Of a stretch of 64,000 bases of DNA, positions 37,240 through 51,067 are shown piece after piece (position 1 is the first letter of the stretch; the number at the start of each line of letters is the position of its first letter). Origin of the DNA: Octopus vulgaris (Eukaryota); NCBI GenBank assembly GCA_951406725.2, contig OX597822.1, positions 20,026,001 to 20,090,000 of the forward strand, in the 5' to 3' direction. The notes under the pieces are model-generated. The model did not search any database. It was not told the DNA's origin and saw only the letters and a list, made by a program, of their open reading frames with translations. A program made the translations under genes and the position numbers.

Positions 37240-37960
37240 CTTTTTTTCAGATGGGTTGGTAAGTATCCTGCTGATCCAATAATAATAAGCAGGAAGCTGA
37301 AAGAGTACCTTGCGCATTGGATTTGTTAACTCCTAATCAATGGTCCATAGATGTTCTCTTTCTCTTGTATTTTTCTAACCCCATTCGTGTCTAGTTTGCA
37401 GCTGATTTCCACAACAGAACATATTTTTCTTTGTGGTCCCACACAACGATATCTGGACGGTTGTGGTTTAACTTGGTGGCTGTTTTAATATTTAAGTTCT
37501 ACCAATATTCTTTTGACCTCATCGTTCGCAAACTTCGTTTGTAGGGATTTTCTTATATGTATGTATATGAGTTTTTGCTTAGTTTTATTTCTAACTTTTT
37601 TCTAGAGAAAGAGCCGTTTCTAAACTAGATGTAAGGCTGCGTTAGAATTTCAACGGCAGCAGGGCAGTTGTGCATGTATGTGAGTATATGCAGAAGTGTT
37701 AGGCGTCAGTACACGTACAAATCTGTATGTTTTGTTTTATGTATGTGTACTTATACATACGGTCGAATGTCTAGACATATACAGACGGATTTATATGCTA
37801 AACTTCCATTGATGACTTGTATCTGAAGTCTTCTAATTAGCTTTCTCCTTTCTGGTTTTGAAAACCCTAATTCCTCAAGATTGATGCTCAGGCGGTTTAT
37901 CCAAGCACTTAAACAACGACGGGTTTAATTCTAACTTGTAGTCATCCCAACAACTGTACA
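37240..37960 (-). mobile_element. R4/Dong-like LINE remnants (two pieces)
   Basis: EYW*NLNIKTATKLNHNRPDIVVWD (REL RPD motif) at ~37380-37510. The C-terminus and 3' UTR at ~37560-37960 are homologous to 585-960. Confidence 0.65.
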
Positions 37961-38142
37961 TACTTTCTTTTCACTATCGCAAATCCGTATGCATACATGC
38001 ACGTATGTATTAATGTATGTATGTTCATATGAATGTGTATGCATGTAGGTAGATAGATAGGTAGGTAGGTGAATAGGTACAGAGATGCGTGATTTCTGTG
38101 TGTGTTGTGTTGTTGTTTAATGACTGTGTACTACATCTATTT

Positions 38143-38180
<38 letters not shown>

Positions 38181-38183
<3 letters not shown>

Positions 38184-38328
38184 ATTAAGGGCTAAAGAAG
38201 GTTATTCTATAGCCAATACACTGATTTATCCACTTATAATCCACTTGTTACAGGAAAATTGAACTGAAAGCGGGCAACTAACCTTTAGAAAATTTAAATT
38301 TCGTTATCTCTATATTGAATCAATTTCG

Positions 38329-38366
<38 letters not shown>

Positions 38367-38844
38367 CGAAATTGATTCAATATAGAGATAACGAAATTTA
38401 AATTTTCTAAAGGTTAGTTGCACGCTTTCATATATCCCATAAAGGATATATTCTTCTTCGGTAGAGCTTTCGAGGGAACATAAATAAAATACTCACATGT
38501 GATCATGGAAAAAGCAGAAGCTAAAAACACAACTACATTTAAGTACATCATTTATATCTAAAAATAAAAATTCCTTGGTCAGTCTCAGAACAACGTGTTG
38601 ACCTATCGCCGCTACATATTGTAATGGTTACCGGTCCCCTTGTAACAAGCAGTGAGTTTACTACTAACAATATAGTTACAATTATAAGTGGATAAATCAG
38701 TGTATTGGGTATAGAATAACCTTCTTTAGCCCTTAATTATAAGATGTTTATACTTCAACCGTAATGGGTTTTTTTTTAATATACTGCCACGCTTTTTGAT
38801 GGAATTCTTTTTTGTAGAGAAAGGGACTTCATCCTATATTGTTA

Positions 38845-38845
<1 letters not shown>
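38181..38845. repeat. Nested fold-back element in (TA)n
   Basis: 38181-38240 is inverted at ~38682-38741. 38265-38331 is inverted at ~38362-38430 around an internal (TA)n. Confidence 0.85.
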
Positions 38846-38900
<55 letters not shown>

Positions 38901-39089
38901 TTGTGTAAGTGTGTGTGTGTGTGTGTGAGTTGTGCATGTGTATGTGCAGACGAGCTCCTGTATATGACTGCAGGCACAGAATATGTTTCCACATTTCAAA
39001 TATCTCACCAATGGAAAAAGAGCCGGTTTCTAGCCTAGAAATAAGACTTTCATTGGTATTTAGATATTAGCAGGAGTCACGTATGTATG

Positions 39090-39152
<63 letters not shown>

Positions 39153-39765
39153 TTATGTATGTATGTATGCAAACCTGTATGCGTGCATATATGTATGTAT
39201 TTATGTATGTATGTATGCAAACCTGTATGCGTGCATATACGTATGTATTCATGTATGTGTGTATGCGTATATGAGTAAGTGCACGTGTGTAGGTATGTAT
39301 GTGTATGCTTGTGTGAGGATGTATGTATGTATGTGTATGTGTGTGTAAGTAGACGTTGTTCTAACTTAATGCGATTCAGAGACGAAATCAATAAAGTTTT
39401 AATAGCAAGGTTTGCTGTTTTTGAAGTAAGAGAGGAGAGAAATAGAGAGGGAGAGAGAGGAGGGAGACGGTGGGAAGTAGAGAGTGAATGGGGAGAGAGG
39501 GATTTGGAGAGTGAGGGAATAAAAGCGAGGCAGTAAGAGAAATAGTGACGTAAAAGTGAAGCAGTAAGAGAAATAAGGTGGAAAAGAAAAAAGCACGGGA
39601 GAGAAAGAAAGAAAGAGAGAGAGAGATTGGGTGGGAGAAGGAAAAAAAGAAAGTGAAAAAGCGGAAAAGTGGATAAGTGAGAAAGAAAGAAACAGATTAA
39701 GATAGTAACAGAGTGAATGAGAATAAAAGAAATGGTGGGCATTTGCATGTGAGTGAGTGAGAGAG

Positions 39766-39805
<40 letters not shown>

Positions 39806-40899
39806 CAGAGGGAAAGATTGAGAGAGGGTGAGTAAAGAGTGACAGTTTGAGAGAGAGGGAGAGAGAGAAATAGGAGAGATTAAGAGAAAAAATTACAGAA
39901 ATGGTATATTTGGTAAAACTAAATATATAAAAGGAACCGAAAAGAAATTTGGAGGCTTTTAATAGGTGTTGTAAATATACACACACAAGCACGTTTATAC
40001 ACACATATACATGCGCACGCATATACATGCGCACACATATGCATGCACACACATATACACACAAACACAAACACATATACATGCACAAACACATATACCG
40101 ACACACCAACACATACATTTTAATGCATGAAGAAATGTTTTCGTTATATTTGTCAGATATTTATTTCTATAATCAATATAAAAGCTACATTTGGTATTAA
40201 AATTTCAAATTTCATTTTAATTGTTAATCTCTTAAGAGTGGAACATTCTAATGTATAACTTTTACATGTGCAGAGGCCATATTTGAATTGTAGACATTTC
40301 GGGTGTTTACGGTATTTGCTGGTTTTGCTTCCGATATTTGCGGGCATTTATTAAATTAGCAGATGACGTTAAGTTTTGCAGTTAGAGAATAGTAAATGAT
40401 GGTACAGATGCAGCATCGACTTTCGGATACTGATGAACTAGAACCTCTTATAATTTGCGCTAATTTACGAGCAGGGTCTTCAGATGTCCGCAGCTGCCAG
40501 ACAGTATGAATAAGCTGGTATCAATAATACTAACGTACAGGTACCTGTATTTCATTTAGTTAGTTAAGTAAATTCAATATTTTCATGTGTGTTGACCAAG
40601 ATGACTACTTCTGATTCGGAAAAATGAGTAATCTGGAACGGTTTTAGAACCAAAGCTTCCGGAAATTCGATGTCGTATCTGTATTGTCAAAGGCTTTGTA
40701 AGTTCGTTCAAGCCTTACCAGAGTCATCGTCGTACCTACATCATTTTGCTGAGTCAAAATAACTGGTATCATTCATTCTTACAATCATGATGGTTAACAG
40801 TAATGTTCAAAAGCAGCCATGCTGTTTGTGGTATTCATGTTGGAGAAGATATTCATCGTATATTCAATAAATTGTCACCCAAACATGCAACGCACATTG

Positions 40900-41030
40900 C
40901 TTACCAACAACATGGTTCTGGGTTAACTCCCACTGCGTGGCACCTTGGGCAAGTGTCTTCTCGGGCCGACCAAAGCCTTGTGAGTGGATTTGGTAGAGGG
41001 AAACAGAAAGAAGTCCGTCGTTTATATATA
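40900..41030 (+). mobile_element. SINE family A, 5' half
   Basis: CATGGTTCTGGGTTAACTCCCACTGCGTGGCACC...GTGGATTTGGTAGA. Confidence 0.75.
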
Positions 41031-41035
41031 TATAT

Positions 41036-41522
41036 AACTAATGTAGGATAAAATTATTTTCGAAAAAATAAATTTTATCAATGGCCAGCATATCAAAAAA
41101 ATACATTTAAAGGTTAAATTTATAAATAACTTACAAAATAAGGGCAAAAGAAAAATTCTAATGCCAAATATGCCGAAAAAAAGACAAAATTGTCAATAAC
41201 CATTTTAATTTATGTCTCGAAACAAGCCGATAGAAATTTCTAAAAAATCCGTTATTACCGTTTTGGTCCCAATTTCGGGGTTAATTCATAAGAATTTTCC
41301 CCTCGTCAGCGATAAATACGTAAGACATAAATGAAATACTTACTCATACCCATGAAAAAAGCAAGCACTAAGTCCTGAGCAGATCTAAGTATCCCAAATA
41401 TATCCAAAATAAAAAATCTTCGGCACATCTCGAGACACTTGTGATTCAAACTAGAAACTTTCACAGAGTGAGAGAATCCGGAAGTGAACACTATTAAATT
41501 TACAACTAATGTAGGATAAAAT
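41036..41522 (-). mobile_element. Non-coding hammerhead-bearing element with 19-bp terminal direct repeat
   Basis: AACTAATGTAGGATAAAAT occurs at 41036-41054 and 41504-41522. The minus strand reads TATCG-CTGACGA-GGGG...CCCC-GAAA at ~41314-41273. Homologous to 51897-52300. Confidence 0.7.
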
Positions 41523-41524
41523 AT

Positions 41525-41672
41525 GTACGACGGGCTTCTTTTCAGTTTCCGTCTGCCAAATGAAATCAGAAGGCTTTGGTCGACTCGAGGGTAAAGTAGA
41601 AGACACCCAAATTGCCACGCCGTAGGACTGAGCCCGGAACCCTGTGGTTATCACACGGCCACACTTGCGCCT
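41525..41672 (-). mobile_element. SINE family A, 5' half
   Basis: Homologous to 6145-6305. Confidence 0.75.
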
Positions 41673-42046
41673 ATGTAGATGAAACATTTAAATTTTCATT
41701 CGACCCTAATATATGGCTTTGTACGAAAGTTAGAAACCTTTGTAGACGCAGTGACCTAATGGTTAAGAAGTTCACCTCTCAACTACAAAGTCCGGATTTC
41801 TATCCTTCTGTGCTGCATTTCCGGTAAATATCGTTATTTTCTATAGCATCAAATCATCGCTATGTCTTGTAACTGAAATTGAGTATACGAAAGCTGTATA
41901 GAAATATGTCGGTAACATTCTATTAGCCATTCAAAACGTATAGCCTCGTCGTATACCATGTTATATTTTGTCTGAGAATTAAGTCAAGGATATACATGTC
42001 TGTGGAATAAGTAGCCACACGTTAATTCGGGAGCAGGAAGCTCACT

Positions 42047-42343
42047 TGATCGAACAACAGAATCTCCATCGTTGAACGATGCAGTTCCACCGCCGCCACC
42101 GCCTCCGCCACCGCCTCCGCCACCGCCTCCGCCACCGCCTCCGCCACCGCCTCCGCCACCGCCTCCGCCACCGTCTCCGCCACCGCCGCCACTTCCGCCG
42201 CCACCACCACCACCACCACCACCGCTGGTTCCGCCACCGATATGATCTCTAAAAGTTTTGAATTCAGAATCTACAAAGTGAAATTGTGTACTGTTTCTAC
42301 TATTTCTGGATGTCCAGATGACTGAGGGAACAATAATATTCAT
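42047..42343 (-). CDS. Candidate host-gene exon encoding a poly-Gly tract
   Basis: ORF MNIIVPSVIW...(G)n...DSVVRS in non-TE sequence. There is an upstream pyrimidine-tract/CAG acceptor near 42521 and a GTGAG donor at ~42046. I recognise no homology. Confidence 0.3.
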
Positions 42344-42522
42344 AGTGGATTACTCCTTCTTAATGTCAAATTTAGAAACTACAGCCATCATTCGCAATCG
42401 GGTATGGCTTGATAGTATGTATTACTCTTTAACCGGTTTAAGTGCTCATGTAGTCTCGAGCTGACGTAGATACCCTCATGTCTCGCTCCTTTGACCCAAC
42501 GGAATATCAATGATATAACTGC

Positions 42523-42567
<45 letters not shown>

Positions 42568-43189
42568 TAAGAGAGAGAAAGGAAGAAAGAAAGAGTGAGA
42601 TGCATCAGAACTCGGCTAGTACTCATTAAAAACTGACGGGAGCAACTTAAAGTGAAGTGCCATGCTCATGGACAAAACGTGTATGTGTGTGTATGTGTAG
42701 ATGTATATAATGGTAGATACGATCTATCCGAGTATTAGCGGCGTTCAGAGTGGCCATATAAACACACGTTATATATTCGGTATAGTATATATATTTTTCT
42801 CCTGTCTCTTAAATCTTTTTCTTTTCGTGGACAAAGGGTAATGCCCGAAACATCAGATTCTCTTTCGCTTTCTCCTTTGACGTATTTAGCTTCATTGTAT
42901 ACTTGTTCGTTTTTCTCACTTAATATTAAGTGTACAATTCCTTGTTATTTCTTTCTTCTCTTTATATATCTGCGCTTTTTTAGCCATATACTTTCGTTTC
43001 TTTGACACTACATAAAGGAGGTTTTGGCTGAAGTTTCTAACAGATCAAGCAACCACACAGAGACTATCATTTTGGATCATATTTCACACACGTATATCAT
43101 TTAGTTATCTCAGCTTCCCAGAATAAAATCTTTATAATAGTTAACGGTACTGAAACCTTTTCATTGTTTCGAGTGAACCAATTCACCTT

Positions 43190-43650
43190 TTATTTTATAT
43201 TGTTTACTTTTTTCAGTCAGTGAATCGCAGCCATTCTGGAGTACAGCCGTGAAATGTTTTTCAGTGAACAAATCGACTCCTGTATTTATTTTAAAATGTC
43301 TGGTACTTATTCTAACGGTCTGTGTTGGCCAGCCACTAACTTTCGCAGACATAAACAAAGTAGCATCGGTTGCCAAGCAGTGAGACCATAGACACAAACA
43401 CAAAGGCGCACGCATACGCACACACACATATATATACACAGACACAGACACACTCATACACAAACATACACATACACACATATACACTCGACGGGCTTCT
43501 TTCAGCTTCCGTCTACCAATTCCTCTTACAAGGTTTTGGTCGTTCCGGGCTATTCTAGAAGACATTCTCTCAAGGTGTCACACTGTGGGACTGAACCCAA
43601 AACCATGTGGTTACGAGGCAAACTTCTTACCAGGCAGCCATGCCAGCAAG
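43190..43650 (-). mobile_element. SINE family A, diverged
   Basis: Colinear with 5911-6305. Confidence 0.8.
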
Positions 43651-44784
43651 TAAAAAGGTCCCACAAAAAACCCAAAACCCTAGACACAGTAAATACTCCT
43701 TAACCAATACATGAATTTGTAAAGCATTAATATGGGAGAAATAGTTAAATTGTGAAGTAAATCAGAAAAAGAATTTGTTGTTTTTTTCCCTGCAGGATTT
43801 GAGATCAGAAACCTCTGGGGTTTAACGCTGGCTTTCATCTCTTCAGGGTCAATAAAATAAGTAGCAGATCTATACTTGAGGTTTGTTTAATCGATTCTAT
43901 TCCTTCCCTCTCTGCTGTTGTGTCAACGTTAATGTAAATAATCAATATTTTGCTTTATTCGCTACTTACAAACCTGTTTTTATATCTAGATTCTAGAACT
44001 ACCCACCTTTTGCTATACAACTAAACAAAAGCAAAACAAAAACAAAAGCAAAAAACGTATTTGTGGATATTTCATTGAAAACCACAACAGAAGAAAACAA
44101 ATTTTTCTTAATGTATAAGAACTACATTTGAAACGGTTAGAATTTAAGTATCTTTTAATGCATAATCAGATATTTACTGCATTGGAATAAAATTGCCAAA
44201 TTTGTTGAGTGCATTTCAGTCATATCGTTTACTTTGAAGTTGTTACGATAAACTTTAATACCTGACACCCCTGCCAACTCCCTGTGATTTATCACATGTT
44301 TCGTTACTGCCCATCACCTGTTCATGCATAAACCCTACTATAAAATGCAACCAATTTAAAGAGAAGTGCAGATGATGTCCTCATATGTAATGCAAATGAA
44401 ACGAAGCTGCATAAAGATGAAAAAGGAAGACGGTGATAATAATACTGGCGCTGCTGTTGTTGCTCTTCATGATGATGATGATGATGATGATAACGTTGAT
44501 GTCGATGGGGATAAATTTGATAATGATAATGATAATGTTGATGGCGATTAATGATGATACTTTGGTATCTGTTTGAATTAGATGCAGTCTTAATCATTCC
44601 TCACTAACACCAATAAGTAAAGGTGGAACCTACATCATTATACATTCACTGATCAACGGAAATGCTTCACTTTCACTTTTGTTGTGTACTTAGCGTATGC
44701 TGAGAATATTATAACGTTCATTTTGAATATTTTAGTAAGCGTTATGTAGATAACGAAATGAGAAAAAATGTTAATATAATTTAT

Positions 44785-45160
44785 CACTGAGTTCAAATTG
44801 CGCCGAGGTCGACATTGCCTTTCATCCTTTTCGAGGTCGATAAAATAAGTTGAGAACTGGGGCCGACTTACACTTTCCCCAACATTGCTGGCATTGTGCC
44901 AAAATTTGAAGCTAATATTATAATTTATCATAAGGCGGCGTGCTGGCAGAATCTTTTGCACGCCGATCGAACTGCTTAGCGGCACTTAGTCTGTTTTTAC
45001 ATTCTCAGTTTAAATTGCGCCGAGGTTGACTTTGTCCTTCATTCTTTCGAGGTCGATAAAATAAGTACCAGTTGAATGGTGGGGTCGATGTAATCGACCT
45101 ACACACTCCCCTAAAATTTCTGACCTTGATCCAAAATTTGAAATCAGTATTATATTTTAT
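44785..45160 (+). mobile_element. Two tandem SINE family B copies
   Basis: A partial copy at 44785-44925 and a full copy at 44932-45160 (AAGGCGGCGTGCTGGCAGAATC head). Confidence 0.8.
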
Positions 45161-46097
45161 CATATAATTTAATTTCTTCTTTGCAATGTATAATTATTTA
45201 AAAAAATTATTTATACACAAACTAAGTTTCGATCAGTCGATCCTCGATCAGTATGACTTTCAATCAATTTGATGTACAACGTTATGTTGTGTTCTTATAG
45301 TGGTTACATATAGTCACTATTTTATACTCACACATTTGCACAAACATGAGCCCACTTAAACACACACACACACACACACATCATAAGGCCCATCTTTGTG
45401 CTTTAAAACAGGCAGAATCAACGGTATCTGACTATCCTCCGACTCAAACCCGTTGTCAGACTTTGGTGCTCGGAAGCTCCACAAAATTTTGAGTGGACTC
45501 TCTAACTCGAAATAATTCTAAGGCGCAGTTTCGCAATAAGCATACCCTGTAAACTTTTTCGGCAATCTCTTCAAGTTTATGCTTTAAAAATCAATTACAA
45601 ATCAGTCAGAATTTTTTCTACGTTTATATTGCCTCCACCCTTCACTTTCTGTCTTTGTTACAGGGTATGCAACCGGCCGTAACTTTTTCCTTTTTGAATT
45701 TCTCATTTCTTACAAAAATTCTCTTAGAATTATGTTTTAAACACCGAAGACGATCACACATAAAAGTGTTCATCTTTTGCACCCCCAACTCCTCGGCCAC
45801 GCTTATCTGTTTCGAAGTTTGCAACGAGCTGTAACTTGTTGATAGTTAGGGGGTTATGGAGTGAGGTTTTAATGTTAGGATTTAGGGTTAGGCCATATGT
45901 TCAAGGTTAAGAGTTAGGTTTTGGGTTTAACTTTACGTTTAAACAGAGAAAGAGTGGAAAGTTTTTTCTTTACAGAATCATAATCTTACCATCGTTTACA
46001 CAAAATCCGAAGAAATCGTCGAAAATAAGTATAAAATGTAGAAGTTACGGTAACTTGCACCTATATTAATTTTATATTTACATTTTTTTATTTACAT

Positions 46098-46790
<693 letters not shown>

Positions 46791-47451
46791 TATTATTTTA
46801 TCACATTTAACGTTTGTAATAACATTGTTATTTTAATCAATGTATGAGCGGACCTTTAGGTTTGGCCTACGAAACTTATAAAATTATTGAAGACTAATTT
46901 AAATGGTATTAGCTATCACAAATATTACATTTGCAAGAAATGCATTAAGCTATTTGTAATCTTCTTGACTTAGAACAGAAACGTTCAAAAACGTTTTAAT
47001 GTTTAGTTTTCTTTTGTAGATATCCATGATTGCACTTTTGTCGATGCATCATAGAATGCCAATAGGGTGTAAGCATATGAGTCAGAGTTGAGAAAGATGA
47101 CTTACAAGACACATTGCTTGCAGTGAACGTGAGGGATACAGCACACAGTCTGTAGATATCTGTAAAGGTAGCCTTAAAGAGATATAGTGAAGAACGGATA
47201 TCTCACTGCCTTTTAAATGCGATGTTTTCGAAAATGTAACGTTTGGTAACGCGTAATTCGTCGTAAAATGAGCTGTCCAAGTAGTTTCTAGTTACAAGTT
47301 CACAAATAGGCGATAAATTTGAAACTTCTAAGAATGTTACTGAATCAGGAGACAAAGGCTCTATGGCTGTAAATACCCTTGTGTTGCGTTTATTATAGCC
47401 ACTTGCCAGTTCTCCAATGCAGTTATCAAAAATACTCGTACCTATATCTAT

Positions 47452-47940
47452 TATTTATAACATTTATGTGCTTCGACAACCAATTTATGAAAAAAAAAGT
47501 TATTTCAGACTCTTTGAGAAACTTATAAATTTTTGTGACGTCAATAACATACAGTTCTCGTTCATAAGAATAAAATTTCTAAAATGGACAGAGGAATTCG
47601 AAGGATTGCTTTAGTACAAAGGTAGAATGCCACTTATGTCTACAGGAGATGAGGATTCGAGTCTCACGAGGAGCCTTCGAGTTCATCTCTCCAAAAGTGT
47701 TTACATGCAATTATTTATAGCATTTATGTGCTTCGAGAACCAATTCCAAAGGTTTATAAATTCTTATGACGTCAACAACATATAATTTCCACTGGCAAAA
47801 AGAACATTTTCTAAAATGGATTCTGAAACTCAAAGGATTGTCTTTGTACTATGGTAGAAAGTCTGTCATGTCTACAGGAAATGTGGGTTCGAGTCCCACA
47901 GGCGGCCTTCGAGTTTATCTAACCAAAAGGGGGTTTCAAC
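47452..47940 (+). repeat. Degenerate ~260-bp tandem duplication with tRNA-like segments
   Basis: CATTTATGTGCTTCGA.AACCAATT occurs at 47461 and 47721. Each unit has GGTAGAA...ATGTCTACAGGA.ATG.GG.TTCGAGTC.CAC. Confidence 0.7.
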
Positions 47941-48269
47941 CCAATATTTGCAAAGCGAGATCCAATTTGCTTTTCATAATATCATGATCGATAAATTAAG
48001 TACCAGTTGAGTACTGCGGTCAATGTAATCGACTAGTCCTTTCTCCAAAGTTTCGGGTCTTGTGCCTTTAATAGAAAATGTTATTCATGTGCTTCAAGAA
48101 CAAATTCTGAAAAGACACTGTTTTTGTTTAGTGTCATTTCTTTCGTCTTTTATTTCGCTAGAAAATTATTTGACCAGCTTCTTCGGTTTACTTTTTCTGA
48201 GTAAAATTTATCATTGTGTATCCAGAGGCATTTTGCGTTCGTCAAGGGTCAAGATGTCTTCAGCAAATT

Positions 48270-48490
48270 TTGCCGACAGTTGGTCACTGTACCTTTGAGT
48301 TCTCATGTTAGTTTTAAGACGCAATGTTGTGACCAGGTGCCATAATGGAGAGGACTCAAGACACGTTCGGACTTCATCTGCCGTGGTTCATTTGGGAATC
48401 ACTGGAAAAGTCTGCCTGAAATCGTCAGACAATTAAAGAGTGACACCTCCATGGGATCTTGACAAGCCCTGATGTCTTTTAGTGGTCGAA
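48270..48490 (-). pseudogene. Helitron PIF1-like helicase fragment
   Basis: GGVTL*LSDDFRQTFPVIPK*TTADEVRTCLESSPLWHLVTTLRLKTNMR matches GDFRQ.LPVI...AD....C...S.LW...L..NMR. Confidence 0.8.
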
Positions 48491-50174
48491 CTAAAACTTC
48501 TTTTTCAGTCAGAATGTAGAAAAACCGTAGCGACAGATTTTAACGCAAGACTATTTGAAATACACGGAAGCCAATTTGTTGACAGAAGTTATTGTGTGTC
48601 AGTTTGAGAGAGAGAGAGAGAGAGGAAGAGAGAGAGAGAGAGAGAGAGAGAGAAGGAGAGAGAGAGAGAGAGAGAGGGGAGAGAATCAGATAGAAACTGC
48701 AGAAGTTAAAGGGAGAGAATCGGTTGAAAATTGCAATTGTTAGAAAAAAACCCATGAGAAATACCTTTCTTCTCTGTTTCTCACTTTACGCGGGAGCTCC
48801 GGGCAAAATGTTATAGTGCATGACCATCCTTGGCACATAAGTAATGTGTATGTAACATTTGGTCAAAATCGGTTGAAAACTGTAGAAATGCATACGATTT
48901 ACACACACAGACAGACACACACACATCCTTTCTTATATACATATCGTTAGATAATTTAGACGCACAGGTGGTATATATTCTTTTTTATTTATTTACATAT
49001 TCACATTTCGAAGACTGTTATTTTTGTTGATGTTTTTGCCGTTGTGGTTGTTTACTGTAATGTTACTTTTGCATTTTTTTTAATATTTAAATTTTTAATA
49101 TTTAGAAAAAGGAGACAAAGACAAAAAAGGCAAAAACACTGTACAGATGTATCTATCATCCCCCACAGTCAATTACCACCCACTTTTTTTTCTCAGAGTC
49201 CATATAAAAATTTCCGCCTCCTATAGGGGACCGGTATCCCTACTTTGAAAAGCACACAATCGTTATAAAAACGATAACACTCTATATACTATTGTAGATC
49301 TGACAAATATTTTGAGGTTATTACCCGCGTACATTTTTTTCTGTTTGATGGGTGATTGCATTTGACGTTGAAAACGAATAACAAAAGCAAACATAGTCAA
49401 TGCAGAAACTTCATATTTCTATAAGATTGAATCATAAAACTCTATGGACTTTGAATTGAGTTTCAACTTCAAATAAGCCGCATATCTTTACTTACCTCAA
49501 CTGAGCTAAGTTGAAATATGATCACATTCTTATTCCCGAGCTAAATAATGGTTGAAAAGAAATATCAACTCAAAAGAATTATGCCAAACATAAGAATCCA
49601 CTTCACATTTGTTAACATTATATTCTAACTAGGAAAATTCTCTCAACTCACATCATACCATCTTCAAACACGAGAAGTATATTATAAAGCGGGTACATAC
49701 AACAAAGAACAGAATAATCATGACTTTGATTATGGATCTTTGTGGTTATTTACATTCTTTGGACCTTATCAGGCGACCTGTTAGAAGTAGCAGTCCAATC
49801 CTCCTCAAATACACCCACCGTTTGATATATTGGATAATGTAAGTTATTTATACATTGTGTTTTAAATAAAGACAAGATGATCGTGGATACAATAATTGAC
49901 TATAATCCGTTAGACCTTGAAAAACCGAGACCAAACAACAACTTAACATTTCTGAATTTTACGACAGAAAAAATATACAACATTTATATTTTTTTAAAGA
50001 AACTGGTCTCCGCAAAATATGAGAATAACACGTATATAATTACAAAGCAATATCTGGTGTGTGTGTGTGCGTGCGTGTGTGTGTGTGTGTGTATTTTTAC
50101 TCACCATTTTTTTTCTCTCGGCTTTTTCTCTCCACTTTGTTTTCCTCCCGCCATCTGTTTTCTCTTCTCATTCC

Positions 50175-50210
50175 TTTCTGAAGAAGAGCGTAGGCTCGAA
50201 ACCTCAAAGA
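50175..50210 (+). ncRNA. PLE-type minimal hammerhead motif (mutated stem III)
   Basis: CTTT-CTGAAGA-A-GAGC(GTAG)GCTC-GAAAC-CTC-AAAG; a homologous motif is at ~54715-54750. Confidence 0.6.
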
Positions 50211-50217
50211 CGACTTC

Positions 50218-50234
<17 letters not shown>

Positions 50235-50248
<14 letters not shown>

Positions 50249-50438
50249 AAAGTTAATCCAAACAAGAAAGCACAAAAAAAACACAACAACGCGAGGACGT
50301 GGAACAATTATAGTATTATTGGACGCTCAGGAAAGAAGGAAAGAAGGAGGGTTTAACGTTTCGAGCGGAGCTCTTCGTCGGAAACATAGGAGAAGGAAAG
50401 ATCCAGAGAAGAGAAGACAGGAGAAAAAAATCGCCAAT

Positions 50439-50440
<2 letters not shown>
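50235..50440 (-). mobile_element. Solo PLE-pLTR-like element with a hammerhead variant, between (TA)n tracts
   Basis: Minus strand reads GTTT-CCGACGA-A-GAGC(TCC)GCTC-GAAACGTT-AAAC at ~50385-50351. Confidence 0.55.
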
Positions 50441-50473
<33 letters not shown>

Positions 50474-50478
<5 letters not shown>

Positions 50479-51036
50479 CATACTTCACCCTACGTCGTTA
50501 ATTAATTCCAGGAGACACGACTTAAGTCGAATTAACTTGTCTCTTGGCTAAACTGATAATAACCATCCCCAGTTTTGTACTTTATTTATGAATGCATTTT
50601 CAGTAATACATGGTTAATAAAAACTTATTTTAAGCTTAAAAACAAATAATTTTTATTTTTTAATACAGTACAGTAAAAAAAAAGTAATCTAAATTTATTA
50701 ATACAATCTGGCGGTGTTTAGCGTACATCGTGGAAGCTTTATTTATGAATGCAGTTTGCAATAAGACATGGTAAAATAAAAGCCTTTTTAAAGCTTAAAT
50801 AATAAATTCAGTACTTATCAGATTGCAATAATAAAAAAAAACTAAATTACTTAAAATTTACCAATGCGTACATATAATTTAGTGGTTTACATCGCGGATG
50901 TAGATGCCTGTGAATCGTCAAAATCAACAGTTGACTCTGGCTGTTCTTGTTCTTTGGTGCGTTCACTAAGCTACACTACTTTATGGTGTGTATCTTAAGA
51001 TTTACTGTACACATTTTAATATTATTTTACATGCTT

Positions 51037-51067
<31 letters not shown>

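Noticed and set aside
44322-44597. His/Gln-rich (minus) or Asp-rich (plus) ORFs
   Set aside because: Explained by (GAT)n-type trinucleotide repeats; no supporting homology.
45845-45935. TTAGGG-like tract
   Set aside because: Too short and degenerate to call an interstitial telomere.
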